DNA of 64,000 nt from Klebsiella phage N1M2. The translations under genes were made by a program, and so were the position numbers. Below, in pieces: positions 38,379-48,900 of the stretch (the first letter of the stretch is position 1; each line of letters opens with the position of its first letter). The stretch lies in the sequence record MN642089.1, one strand, 5' to 3'. The notes beneath the pieces are model-generated. The model saw nothing but the letters and a program-made list of their open reading frames with translations. It searched no databases and was not told the DNA's origin.

Positions 38379-41300
38379 ATGATCAAAGAAGACATTCCTT
38401 TATATAAACTTGACTTAACCGGTGAAGATCGGTTTAACAAAGTTAATATGGAATACATGTATCGTCAGGATGTAAAGAATAATAACATCGTCATACCTAA
38501 TTTCGCTCCATTCTATCAGAAGTCAGTAAGACTTTATGATAAGAACAAGAAGCCATTGATTGAAGGTGATGACTATGAGTTCTACGGGATTATGGGTAAG
38601 CTAACCAAGTTTACCGGTAAGCCTGTTGGATTGTTTATTCGTATCTTGAAAGATGAGATTACCGATTGGTATATCGATTACCAAGTTGTCGGTAACTTTA
38701 ATAAAATCACCAATGAAATCCTCAATATGCTTAAGAGCATTCATGAGGATGACCGTTATGTTGATTGGGAAAATATTAAGAATAAGCCATTGTGGTTTAT
38801 TCCTGAAATTCACCAACATGACCTGGCATATCAGATTTATGGTTTCACTGACTTAGTCCGTGAACTTAATCGTATTGCTGAACTGCAAGCCACCATGATC
38901 TCTGCACAAGACTTCATGGTTCAGACATTAAAACAACACTTGTTAGTTTATGTCGAAGGTTACCGTAAAGTTATTTATGATTTGGTTGACTCCCACATCA
39001 ATAACAAACATGATGCGCATGGTAACTATAAAGACAAGATAGGATTACCACTTGTTGACAACATCCCAGCAGCGACTCTACAAGAGACTCTGGAAGGTGT
39101 TCGTGATGACCTTACAATAACTCCGTTTAATGCCAAGCGTGCTGCTATGGCCGCTTCTGGGACCAATGAAAGGTTATATCCTTCTGGTTCTTTACCTATC
39201 CTTCGTTACGGTTCAGATACATTCATTCCTCCAACTATTTCAGGTTCCTTTGAAGGTCTTGGTGGGTTGAATAGACAGTCTGGTGCGATTGTTGAAACAG
39301 ATGGTACCTTGCTGATGCTTCAACACCGTAATAACGGTAAGATTCGTGGATTGTACTTCATTCGCTCTATCAACTGGCGTTCGCAAGACCCAGATTATGA
39401 ATTCACCTCTTATCAATACATCCATCCAACAGCTATAGCTGATGGCGCGCAACTTGATACCATTGTAAATGGCTCCAACCGTTATATCATGGTGGTAGGT
39501 GACTCAGTTAAAAATATCTGGTACTGGTGTGAAACTAAAGGTACGTTTAACCCTAACCGACACATCCTCCACCGTATTACTGGTGAATGGGTGGATAGAG
39601 ATCTGGCGGATAGGCGTGGTGGTTGGATTGATTACCCTACTTCTAAAATGTGTCTATTGGCTGACTCCAATTATGCGAATACTTGGTGTATTGTGCAGGG
39701 ATTTAACCTTTGGCAATTTGAAGAACGTAGACAATTGGAACATCCTTCTAACTGGTATAACGTTCGTGGGTGTAACCTGGGTGAAGCTGGTTTCTCATTC
39801 CATGTCTTCCATAACCTTTCCAGTAAAGGGATACGAGCTAAGGTAGATTTCACCCATCCCGTTTTTGGTAACAAGAACGATCAGTACTTCACACCTTGGT
39901 GGCCGCAGTTTGGTAAAGACGGTGAAGAGGACTATGAGATTATTTCTCATTATGCCAAATATGAACCTCCGGTTAAGGTAGTTTGGGGGCACCGTAGTAT
40001 TTTCAGTTATTGGAAAAAAGATCCTAAAGAAGATATTTGGAACTTTAGACTCCAATTTACAACTGCTGAAAGTGATAAACCCGGTGGTTGGAATGGTTAT
40101 CACGCAAACTTCAGAGCCAAGTTAACATTTGACTTTAATGGCGATAATGTTACCGTTCACGTCAGACCTACTGAAGGTAACCAAAGACTTTATACCATCG
40201 ACCCTTATAACCGCAAACCTGGGGTTAAAGAGTACGATGAGTATTATAAATGGATCTTTACTAACAGTTATCCTGATGGTTGTGACTTGATTGGTCATGC
40301 AATGGTTGCAGATGACCTGATCATATTTGCAGATGGGGCGTCAAACGGGACATTCCCAAGTCCTTATTTTTTATTGCACGCGGACTGGTTAAAATCTGCT
40401 GAAAACTTCCTGATGCCCATGGGGCAGAGTAGTTATTACGATGGACCGAAAGGTCATTATCGTACCTTTGATGAGTTAAACCCTCTTGGGTTAAGCGCAG
40501 GTTTCGTTGGTAACTATTATTTCCCTATGAATAGTAACGATCCTAAGTCTGGTTGCATTATGACCAAACAACTCATTGTTAAAAATGGTCAAAGTGTACC
40601 AGAATGGGTGGGTCGTAAGACCGACATCTATAATGATGATTTCAGCTGCCGTAAACCACCACAAATCTCGAACTATGATGGGAATAATGTAGAGCACTAT
40701 CCTTACCTTTCAGAAGTACACCGCACCAACCTAGGTCAACAGGTTAGATTTAATAACATCTCTAAACCTGTAGGTGTTGCGAACCCATATAACAGACCAA
40801 ATATCTATGCGGTATCTATGATGGGTGCATCAGCGGGTACACGGTTAATGGGTAATGGGGATGGTGGGTTTGGATTTGTTGGTGATGGGTTGTTAGCTTG
40901 GGAAATGGAAACCAAGTTACAGGATGATATTATCACATTCACTCCCAAAGTTGTATTTGATCTGAATACATTCGTAAGAAACCAGTTGGTTCAAATATTC
41001 GCCCCTCTTGGGTTTACTGCCGAGCAGGTAAGAGATTCTTGGAACGTATCTCGCTTCGTTGATACGCGAGGATACATTAGAGAGATATTCGGGGTTTATC
41101 GTATTGATCCTAATGGTCATTGTATCACTGGGGTAGTTGTTGGAATGTTGGGTGGGTATTCGTCCCCTACCAATAAAGATGGATATACCTACTACCGGGA
41201 TGTTATTTGGAACCAAGCATCGCCACCTAAGAGTGTCCTTACTGACAAGTTGGGTGCTCCAGGCGGTGGAGACTATTGGTATAATTATTGGAATGCCCCA

Positions 41301-42098
41301 GGTGGTTCCAAAATTTATCAAGGCGCTTGCACTTCAATTCCATTTAAGAAACGTGACCCAGATACGGGACAGGTAACTGACAACTCCACGTATCTTATCA
41401 ATCTTCGTTTCGATGGTAAATATTCCGCCCTTTATGGGGATGGTCGACCCAATATCTTTATCGAGATGGATGCCGCTACACACGGTATTATTCAATTACA
41501 ACAGTCATTTGGAGCATACTGGAATCTTATCGGTTCTGTAGATCACATGCCTTGGTATGGAGTGATTAATACCACAAAAGGATTGAATCTATTTGAAACA
41601 GCTGGTAACGGTGGACAAGTTCTGAACCAATATAAAGGAGCTTGGGAAGCAGCCGCACCAAGTGACTACTCCGGACCTATGGCTGTTGGTGCGACGAACA
41701 TCATCACACCAGCCTATACAGTCTATTTCCAGAAAATGACCAACATACTGTTAGCAGGAAAGATGTACAATATCCCGGCTCAGTATATCGACATCCTTGA
41801 CCAAGATCCAGATCCGGCTAATAAGGTTTATTATATTTACCTTTATTATACCGGTGGTATGGCCAAATATGTCGTCACTAATGAAGTACGACCAGAAACA
41901 TCAAGTCAGTCATTAATCGCTACTGTTTATTGTGGACCTACCCAGATTGACAGAATCGTTCCTTATAACAGATTCTCTCTTGATGGCGCTTCCTTCACAA
42001 CCAACAGACAAGGTTCTTCTGTACTTGGTTCTACTGGTTCTGTATTTGAAATTGGTGATACGGATGCTATTTTGAAACCTGGTGACTTTATACCTTAA
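38379..42098 (+). CDS. tail fibre / tail spike protein, 1239 aa
   Basis: N-terminal fibre motif VDWENIKNKPLWFIPEIHQHDLAY (about 38757-38830). Paralog-level similarity to the next gene (PPTISGSFEGLGG vs PPPITGSFEGLGG, GLYFIRS vs NLYYIYK). Size and position fit a fibre or spike. Confidence 0.75.
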   Translation: MIKEDIPLYKLDLTGEDRFNKVNMEYMYRQDVKNNNIVIPNFAPFYQKSVRLYDKNKKPLIEGDDYEFYGIMGKLTKFTGKPVGLFIRILKDEITDWYIDYQVVGNFNKITNEILNMLKSIHEDDRYVDWENIKNKPLWFIPEIHQHDLAYQIYGFTDLVRELNRIAELQATMISAQDFMVQTLKQHLLVYVEGYRKVIYDLVDSHINNKHDAHGNYKDKIGLPLVDNIPAATLQETLEGVRDDLTITPFNAKRAAMAASGTNERLYPSGSLPILRYGSDTFIPPTISGSFEGLGGLNRQSGAIVETDGTLLMLQHRNNGKIRGLYFIRSINWRSQDPDYEFTSYQYIHPTAIADGAQLDTIVNGSNRYIMVVGDSVKNIWYWCETKGTFNPNRHILHRITGEWVDRDLADRRGGWIDYPTSKMCLLADSNYANTWCIVQGFNLWQFEERRQLEHPSNWYNVRGCNLGEAGFSFHVFHNLSSKGIRAKVDFTHPVFGNKNDQYFTPWWPQFGKDGEEDYEIISHYAKYEPPVKVVWGHRSIFSYWKKDPKEDIWNFRLQFTTAESDKPGGWNGYHANFRAKLTFDFNGDNVTVHVRPTEGNQRLYTIDPYNRKPGVKEYDEYYKWIFTNSYPDGCDLIGHAMVADDLIIFADGASNGTFPSPYFLLHADWLKSAENFLMPMGQSSYYDGPKGHYRTFDELNPLGLSAGFVGNYYFPMNSNDPKSGCIMTKQLIVKNGQSVPEWVGRKTDIYNDDFSCRKPPQISNYDGNNVEHYPYLSEVHRTNLGQQVRFNNISKPVGVANPYNRPNIYAVSMMGASAGTRLMGNGDGGFGFVGDGLLAWEMETKLQDDIITFTPKVVFDLNTFVRNQLVQIFAPLGFTAEQVRDSWNVSRFVDTRGYIREIFGVYRIDPNGHCITGVVVGMLGGYSSPTNKDGYTYYRDVIWNQASPPKSVLTDKLGAPGGGDYWYNYWNAPGGSKIYQGACTSIPFKKRDPDTGQVTDNSTYLINLRFDGKYSALYGDGRPNIFIEMDAATHGIIQLQQSFGAYWNLIGSVDHMPWYGVINTTKGLNLFETAGNGGQVLNQYKGAWEAAAPSDYSGPMAVGATNIITPAYTVYFQKMTNILLAGKMYNIPAQYIDILDQDPDPANKVYYIYLYYTGGMAKYVVTNEVRPETSSQSLIATVYCGPTQIDRIVPYNRFSLDGASFTTNRQGSSVLGSTGSVFEIGDTDAILKPGDFIP

Positions 42099-42158
42099 AA
42101 CTAAATAACTACTGGGGCGATCTTTTGATCGCTCCAATAGTTTATTATCGAGGTTGAA

Positions 42159-45100
42159 ATGAAAGATTTAGATATTGTCGATATCGATTACTCGGCTAAG
42201 AAAGCTGAGTTTAAGAAAGAAGACAAAGTAGATCTTGCTAAAATTTCTCCACCATGGATAGTACCAGAAGAAGGTCCGATGTATGGGGACAATACTCTTC
42301 GGGTTATCAGAGGTGGATTGGATTTAGTAAGAGGTAAGGATTGGGTTCCTGTAACGGACGTCCCAAAATTATCAGAGCTTACTGGTAAACCTGTTTATCT
42401 TTATATCGAATTAAAAGACCACGTCCTGGCAACAGGTGGTGAAGTAAGTGTTGTTTATCAGCGAGTGGGTAAACCAGTAATATCTGTTAAGACATTATTG
42501 GATATGCTTCAGCAAATGGTTATTGAAGGGAAACCAGTTGACTGGGAAACCCAGATCAATAACAAGCCAGACACTTACTACCCAGCGTGGCACTCTCACG
42601 ACATTCAAAACCCAAATGAGTTAGTTGGGTTTGGTGGTCTGGTTGAACTGTTTAGTATGTTTACTTACAGAGCAAAAGCCGACGGTGGGAAGGTTCGTGA
42701 GTTACTGGAAAAACTCCAGAAAGAAGTTTGGGATAAATTAAACTATACCCAGAAACTTCTTTGGGGTGTAATTATGGATCATAGCCGTAATTACCAAAAC
42801 CCACATAAGTTAAAGCCAGCCGATATCGATCTGGGTAATGTTGGGAACTTTGCAACTGCAACTCCTCAACAAGATGCCGACGCAATGCGTGATGATCTGT
42901 ACTCGACTCCAGCTGGTCTGAAAAGACTCACTGAAGAACTTGCGCCAGATACAGAAGACTTCATTGTTCAGTCCGAATTACCTTTCGGGTACTTTGGTTC
43001 TGGCATCTATATCCCGCCACCAATCACAGGTTCTTTCGAAGGACTGGGTGGTGACTATGAGAACTCGGCTTTCTGTCAGGAAGGGAATGGTTGGACTGTT
43101 GGGTTGTTAAGAGCATTTGATGGTCGTGTTAAGAACCTGTATTACATTTATAAGACAGATGTAAGAAACAGGGACGAGAAACTTGTTCCTTGGTTACACA
43201 CCTACGTCCAATACCAGCATCCAACAATTACTGCTGACGGCTTGGAACCTAACTACGTTATTAACGGTTCTAATAACGATATCATCATGTTGGGTGTTAG
43301 TGATAACCCGACAGAACAATTGAAAGCGGATGAGAAGTTTTATATAAGCTTATCCAACTCAACTTTCGATCCAAATAGCCATGAGTTTAAAGAAACCAAC
43401 TTTGCTGAATTAAGAGGTCCTGAGGATTTAGTTCCGGCCGCTGGTTATACCACAATAGCACATGTTGGTTCTTGGGTTTATCTGATTGTTTCTTATAACA
43501 CCAAAGAAGGATTCACCCAACCAGATGGTGTTGGTGTAACCAACTATCAGCAATGGTTCTATCGTGCTAAATACTCAGACATCAATAATAAAGATGTTGA
43601 CAAAGTAGTATTCCAGCAAGTTGATGTTACCTATGATAATGTCTCCAGAGTGAGAAAATCTGGTAAGGCAATGGCGATGATAGATTATCAGGCCAATGCT
43701 GCTGGCGAAATAACACGAGGGTTGGTTAACTACATCCCTTCTGTAACCACTGCAGAATCTCACAGACGTCGACAATTTATCATTGTTAACAATCCAAATA
43801 ACCCAGCTTTGTCACGGGTGAGGATACTAGCTATCTCATACGCGACCAAGACAACTCAAAACTCAGCGTATGCTGGTTGGGCGAACTTGATCGTCGATTA
43901 TGAATGGAACGGGGAAACGAATACCTGGACACTCTCTCCTCATTGGGAGTTTGGGACCTGGAGCGTTGAAACTGGGTCCATCATAAGTCCTACCAAAAGT
44001 TGGTTAGAATGGTGTAACGGGAATAATGAATCCCGATATCATTCTCAGTCATTCGCTATTAACGCCGGTAGTTATATTCCTGGGTTTGGTTTTGTTAGTA
44101 TCGGTTCTAGACAAACAGGTACACCGCCACTAATGGCGATATCTACGATCTATAACCGTGATGGTGATCCTCAACGCGATTATGAGTATATGGGTTTACC
44201 TCCTAACTGGACCACTGATTCTGGACTGTATAATGGTTGGTGGAACCAAATGGTATTAAGATCTCCATTTGGTGTATCTGGGTTCCCTCGTTTCTATGCT
44301 GACCTGTATCGCTTGGATGGTAAGATCAGACAAACCCCAATAGAAATATTCATGGCAGAAACTGAAGATCAGGATACTGCTAGTTTCTATCGTATTACTG
44401 AAGGTGGGGAAGGTGACAATTACGATAAACGTGATTCTCTCCAATCCAAATACATTCAGATGCCAATCTATGGTCGTAAAACAAACTCTAATTTTGGTAA
44501 GGTTAGTGGAACTCACTACGATGTGGCTACTGTTAACAGACCTAAGAAGAAGGATGTTAAAAGTAGAGAGACAGGTGTGTTTGGATATTTAAGACGCGGG
44601 ATCATTAAGAACCCTGGCGCACCATACATGTTCAGTCGTAAAACTTATGACGACGGAAGCATTAAAGAAATTGTTCAGGAAAATGATGGCAGTATTATTG
44701 TTAACCTGAACCTTAACTTTACAATGGAGCCACTGTCAAAAGTAATCTACGCCAAACCTATCGCTCAAGAGAAATTGAGAATACCTAAAGCAATTTGGGA
44801 AGGTGTGATTAAAACAGCTTTAGAAACCCACTATAGCAAAACTATAGATATGGGTGTCAGTTTCTATGTCTGTCAAGACCCAGGAACTAATGCTGACCAA
44901 CCATACTGCATGTTCTCAATTATTTACCACATCACCGACAATCCTAGGTTAACCAGATCTATCATTGGTCGGTTTAATTGGGATGTTGAGTCGGTAGGAG
45001 CGGATGGTATCAGAGTCATGAAGATGGGTGCTATTGATTATCCATTTAGTGGTTCTAACTACGCCAAGCAACGGTTAGTTCCTCCTTCTCAAAACCCAGA

Positions 45101-45923
45101 GAACGTTATCTCTTATAATGAACACCAAACTAATACTGATGGATCATGGGCTGGTTTGGAATATCGTTATGGTCTTAACATCTGTTATCCACATGTCGAA
45201 ATTCTTGACTTCCCAGAGGAAGGACCTAGAAATATGGAGATATGCTGGTTTACAGGAATACAGATTAAGACAACAGGTAACGCCACCACTCAACGTACAT
45301 TCTTAAGGGTGCGTAATAACCAAACCATCGAGGCTACTTCAGCCACTGGTAATGGTCAGTCCTTTAACGAATACTACTGGCAAGTCCAGGCCAACCCACA
45401 GTGGGGATGGTTGCAAGGTGTTCCTGCTGCTGAGTCTGGTGGTGCGATGGACTTGATGGTTCCATGGAAAGGTCCTGAGGGAAGTCTCCAAGCAGACCAA
45501 GACAAGTACGTTATGCTTGGCGCTACTTACGTTGAGGGTAACTGGTCTGTATTTATCAATGCCGATATTAATGTAACCTTTAATGGATACTCGATGCCGG
45601 CTAAGATGACCAACTGGGATTTGAGAGATCTTACCGATGTCTATCGTGATTCAACATTTTACCTTTACTGTGTCTCTGATGGTTCTGCTGCTCGGTATGA
45701 TATATCCAAGGTTTTAAGACACCATAACCCATCAGCTATTCTGGTTGGTGTCATTACGACAGATTCCTTTGGTATTGTTACCATTCAGCGTTATCAAAGT
45801 TTCACCATTAGTGGTTATCCTTTAACCCGTCAGCGTGATACAGGTGTGCCAGTATCTTCTGGAGCTATCACGGAACAAGGTACATATAAGTTCCTGAAAC
45901 GTAGCGAGTTGTATACAGGTTAA
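42159..45923 (+). CDS. tail fibre / tail spike protein, 1254 aa (paralog of the preceding gene)
   Basis: Fibre motif PVDWETQINNKPDTYYPAWHSHDIQN (about 42535-42606). Shared GSFEGLGG block with the preceding gene. Confidence 0.75.
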   Translation: MKDLDIVDIDYSAKKAEFKKEDKVDLAKISPPWIVPEEGPMYGDNTLRVIRGGLDLVRGKDWVPVTDVPKLSELTGKPVYLYIELKDHVLATGGEVSVVYQRVGKPVISVKTLLDMLQQMVIEGKPVDWETQINNKPDTYYPAWHSHDIQNPNELVGFGGLVELFSMFTYRAKADGGKVRELLEKLQKEVWDKLNYTQKLLWGVIMDHSRNYQNPHKLKPADIDLGNVGNFATATPQQDADAMRDDLYSTPAGLKRLTEELAPDTEDFIVQSELPFGYFGSGIYIPPPITGSFEGLGGDYENSAFCQEGNGWTVGLLRAFDGRVKNLYYIYKTDVRNRDEKLVPWLHTYVQYQHPTITADGLEPNYVINGSNNDIIMLGVSDNPTEQLKADEKFYISLSNSTFDPNSHEFKETNFAELRGPEDLVPAAGYTTIAHVGSWVYLIVSYNTKEGFTQPDGVGVTNYQQWFYRAKYSDINNKDVDKVVFQQVDVTYDNVSRVRKSGKAMAMIDYQANAAGEITRGLVNYIPSVTTAESHRRRQFIIVNNPNNPALSRVRILAISYATKTTQNSAYAGWANLIVDYEWNGETNTWTLSPHWEFGTWSVETGSIISPTKSWLEWCNGNNESRYHSQSFAINAGSYIPGFGFVSIGSRQTGTPPLMAISTIYNRDGDPQRDYEYMGLPPNWTTDSGLYNGWWNQMVLRSPFGVSGFPRFYADLYRLDGKIRQTPIEIFMAETEDQDTASFYRITEGGEGDNYDKRDSLQSKYIQMPIYGRKTNSNFGKVSGTHYDVATVNRPKKKDVKSRETGVFGYLRRGIIKNPGAPYMFSRKTYDDGSIKEIVQENDGSIIVNLNLNFTMEPLSKVIYAKPIAQEKLRIPKAIWEGVIKTALETHYSKTIDMGVSFYVCQDPGTNADQPYCMFSIIYHITDNPRLTRSIIGRFNWDVESVGADGIRVMKMGAIDYPFSGSNYAKQRLVPPSQNPENVISYNEHQTNTDGSWAGLEYRYGLNICYPHVEILDFPEEGPRNMEICWFTGIQIKTTGNATTQRTFLRVRNNQTIEATSATGNGQSFNEYYWQVQANPQWGWLQGVPAAESGGAMDLMVPWKGPEGSLQADQDKYVMLGATYVEGNWSVFINADINVTFNGYSMPAKMTNWDLRDLTDVYRDSTFYLYCVSDGSAARYDISKVLRHHNPSAILVGVITTDSFGIVTIQRYQSFTISGYPLTRQRDTGVPVSSGAITEQGTYKFLKRSELYTG

Positions 45924-45966
45924 TAGAATGGGGAGGAAACTCCCCTTTCTTATTTAGGAGATTTTC

Positions 45967-48900
45967 ATGTTTGTAGATCCAGATAAACCCTTACCGCCTG
46001 CTGGTGCTAAGGTTGATACACTTGGTTCTGTTCTGGAAGCAATTATTGAAATTGGAAATGCTAAAGCTGTTAGCACCGGTGATGCGGTAGAGTTTGAAAA
46101 ACGTATTACTGAAGCATTACAGGAAACTGATAAAGTAATTGATGGTTTCAGACAAGACGCCACCAACAAAATTAAAGAACACACCGATAAAGAAGGTGCT
46201 GTTCATGGCGAGACCAAAGAAACTGCTGGTTTGGGTTTAAAAGAAAACTGGAAGATGGCGACACCCCAGGAACATTTGGATGGTGAATCACAAGAGAGCT
46301 TCTGTAACCCCCTTGGATTAGCTGCGTTAGTTAAACGCTACATGTCCATCGATCCAACCAACTATATTCGTTCTCGTCTGATGCCAATTGCATCAGGTGG
46401 TCAATTGGGTAATGTCCCTCAGTGGCCATTTAACTGGCGTGAAGGTGAGGTGGTAGAATCACCATTATCATCTATGGATTATTATACACAAACTCCTTGG
46501 CAGTTCTCTACAGACCAAGGTGTGCGTTTATATCCTTCTATGAACGGTTCAGATATCCTTACTCAGAAAAGACCTGACGTAGGGCGTGCTAGACGAGCTG
46601 TAACGCCTTGGGGCGGTACCGATGTTCGTATTTATAATAGCACCTTAGATATCCGTAGAACACGTCCTGGTGTCTTACGTGCAGAATCTAACATAGAACC
46701 AAATAACCAATTGTTAAAAGGTTCACCGCATCTTTTCGATAGACACAGCGTTTTCTACATAGAAAACCAAGATGTCAAGGTCAGAGCGTTTAACAAAATC
46801 AGATTGCCATTCGACACACTTAAGAATGATGGGGCGTTCGCTAAGAACTGGGATGGGATTGTGGAATCTAGAGAGTCCACTATCTATAACCCGGTAATTA
46901 CAATGCAACGTGGTAACTTAGGTGCTGGTGAAAGTATTTATCTTTCAATCAATCTGGATTTGTATAGCTTCACTGAGCATGGCACGGCTGCCAAAGACGG
47001 CCCTGGTAACCCAGCTGAAACAGTCGCCACACTAGGTGACAAATATGACACCATCAACTGGTTGGTGGGTAACAAGAAGTTCGTCATTTATAATCGTCCT
47101 AATGGAGCAGGTAAAGGTATTTTCCTTGACTTGAGAAGTATTCTTAATTTCACTCCTGCGCAATTGGATGGATTCTGGGTCAATGCTGACCATTCCCACG
47201 AACTTCATGTAGCGTTTACCTGGTTGAACAGACTCAAGGGTGAGTTCGCCATTCGTGTTCCATTGGGTTTCTACTCTAAAGACCGTAAATACTACATCAA
47301 CTACTACATGGACTTGTCATTCAAATCCAAAGAACTTGGTGATGGTAAGACAGCAACTATCACTATTGATTCACTGCGAGATATTGATACCAATATCCAG
47401 ACCTTGAATGATAACTTCCAGGTAGAACCAGACGGGCGTTTTGTTGAGTATCCTGCCGATGTCACTAACGATATCTTCCACCCACGTATTTTTGATGGGA
47501 TCTTTGAATCTCAGGGTGGGCATATCAAAACCTATACGTACTATAACCGTCAGTACGTTGGTTACTACCAACATAATGTTGGTGGGACTAAAGAGTGGAT
47601 CGCTAATGGTGATGAGATTAAACCTAAGTTGATTAAATACAACTACGGTCAAATCTCCACACTTAACCAAGACGGTCTGTATGGTGACCACCTAAGACAT
47701 ATCCCGCTGGGTGTAACTGGCGATACCGTCAACTATCTGACATTAACTCGTGATTGGTCAAACACCTATCGCTGGGGTATCGTGAATGCAGAACTGGATA
47801 ACAAGCCAGTTATGTATAGCAGTGCTGATCATGCATATGGTCCTTGGCGTAATACCTTGATCTGGGTAAACCCTAACTACACTAGAGTTCCAGACTTCTT
47901 AGTTGTGAATGAGGAAAACTCCTCCAACTTTGATGTGAACTGTATGGTGTTCAATACCCAGAATGAGTTTAAGGGTTATGCTCAATTCTCTTATAGTACT
48001 GCAGATAGTCAGTCTACTATAGAGGGTGTTGATCCAGTTGAGATAGATGACCAAATCCTGTCTTACATCGCTACCTTTGGTGGTGGTTGGACAAAGAACC
48101 ATCGACAGATGTTCTACTTCCAAAACAGACTGTACTTCTTTAGTCAGTGTCTGTCCATCCCAGAATGGCCGGCTGATGACGTTGACTGTTACTATGGTTG
48201 GATTAGCGGTGCTTACATCGACGTGACCGATGGCGTCAAAACCATCAAGATCAACGGTAATTTAAAAGATCAAACCGTAGCTAAACCGCTCAAAGTAAAT
48301 AACAAGAAGTCAGCAACTAACGATTGGAATAGCGTATTTGGACGAGATCGTTTCGACTCTACCGATACATACCTTATGTTGATGAACCGTAATGGTAACG
48401 TTTCCAAATACAAACTGATGGTTAACCTGGCGCCTCATAACAACTTCTACTTCGAATTTGAATTGGTCGTTGATGCGGGTAATGGAACTACCACTCTGCA
48501 ACCTGACCCTAGTGCTATCGATCCAGTGTTCCCATATGACCCTGCAAAAGGTTATGCGGTTGACTATGAAGCCGTCTCTGCATATGGCACATTAGTTCCA
48601 CACCACATGCACGTAAACTTCCAGTCCCCGGTAATGATGAAGAAATCTCTTTGGAGTTATCGCAAGACGCCTGGTGTTTATGGTGTGTTCTCAATGTCAG
48701 GGAAAACTACCATTGTTAATGGTGGGTTGATGAATGCCATTGAGGGAACTAACATTTATCCAATGGGATCGTTATTAACCATTGGTGGTGGTAACACACT
48801 AGTTAAAATTCCGGTAGATGCCAAAGATTCATTCTATCCTGCAAGTGATGAACTGTTTGTAAGACAGAACGGTACCATTCTTGAGTTGTATGGTCGTAAC

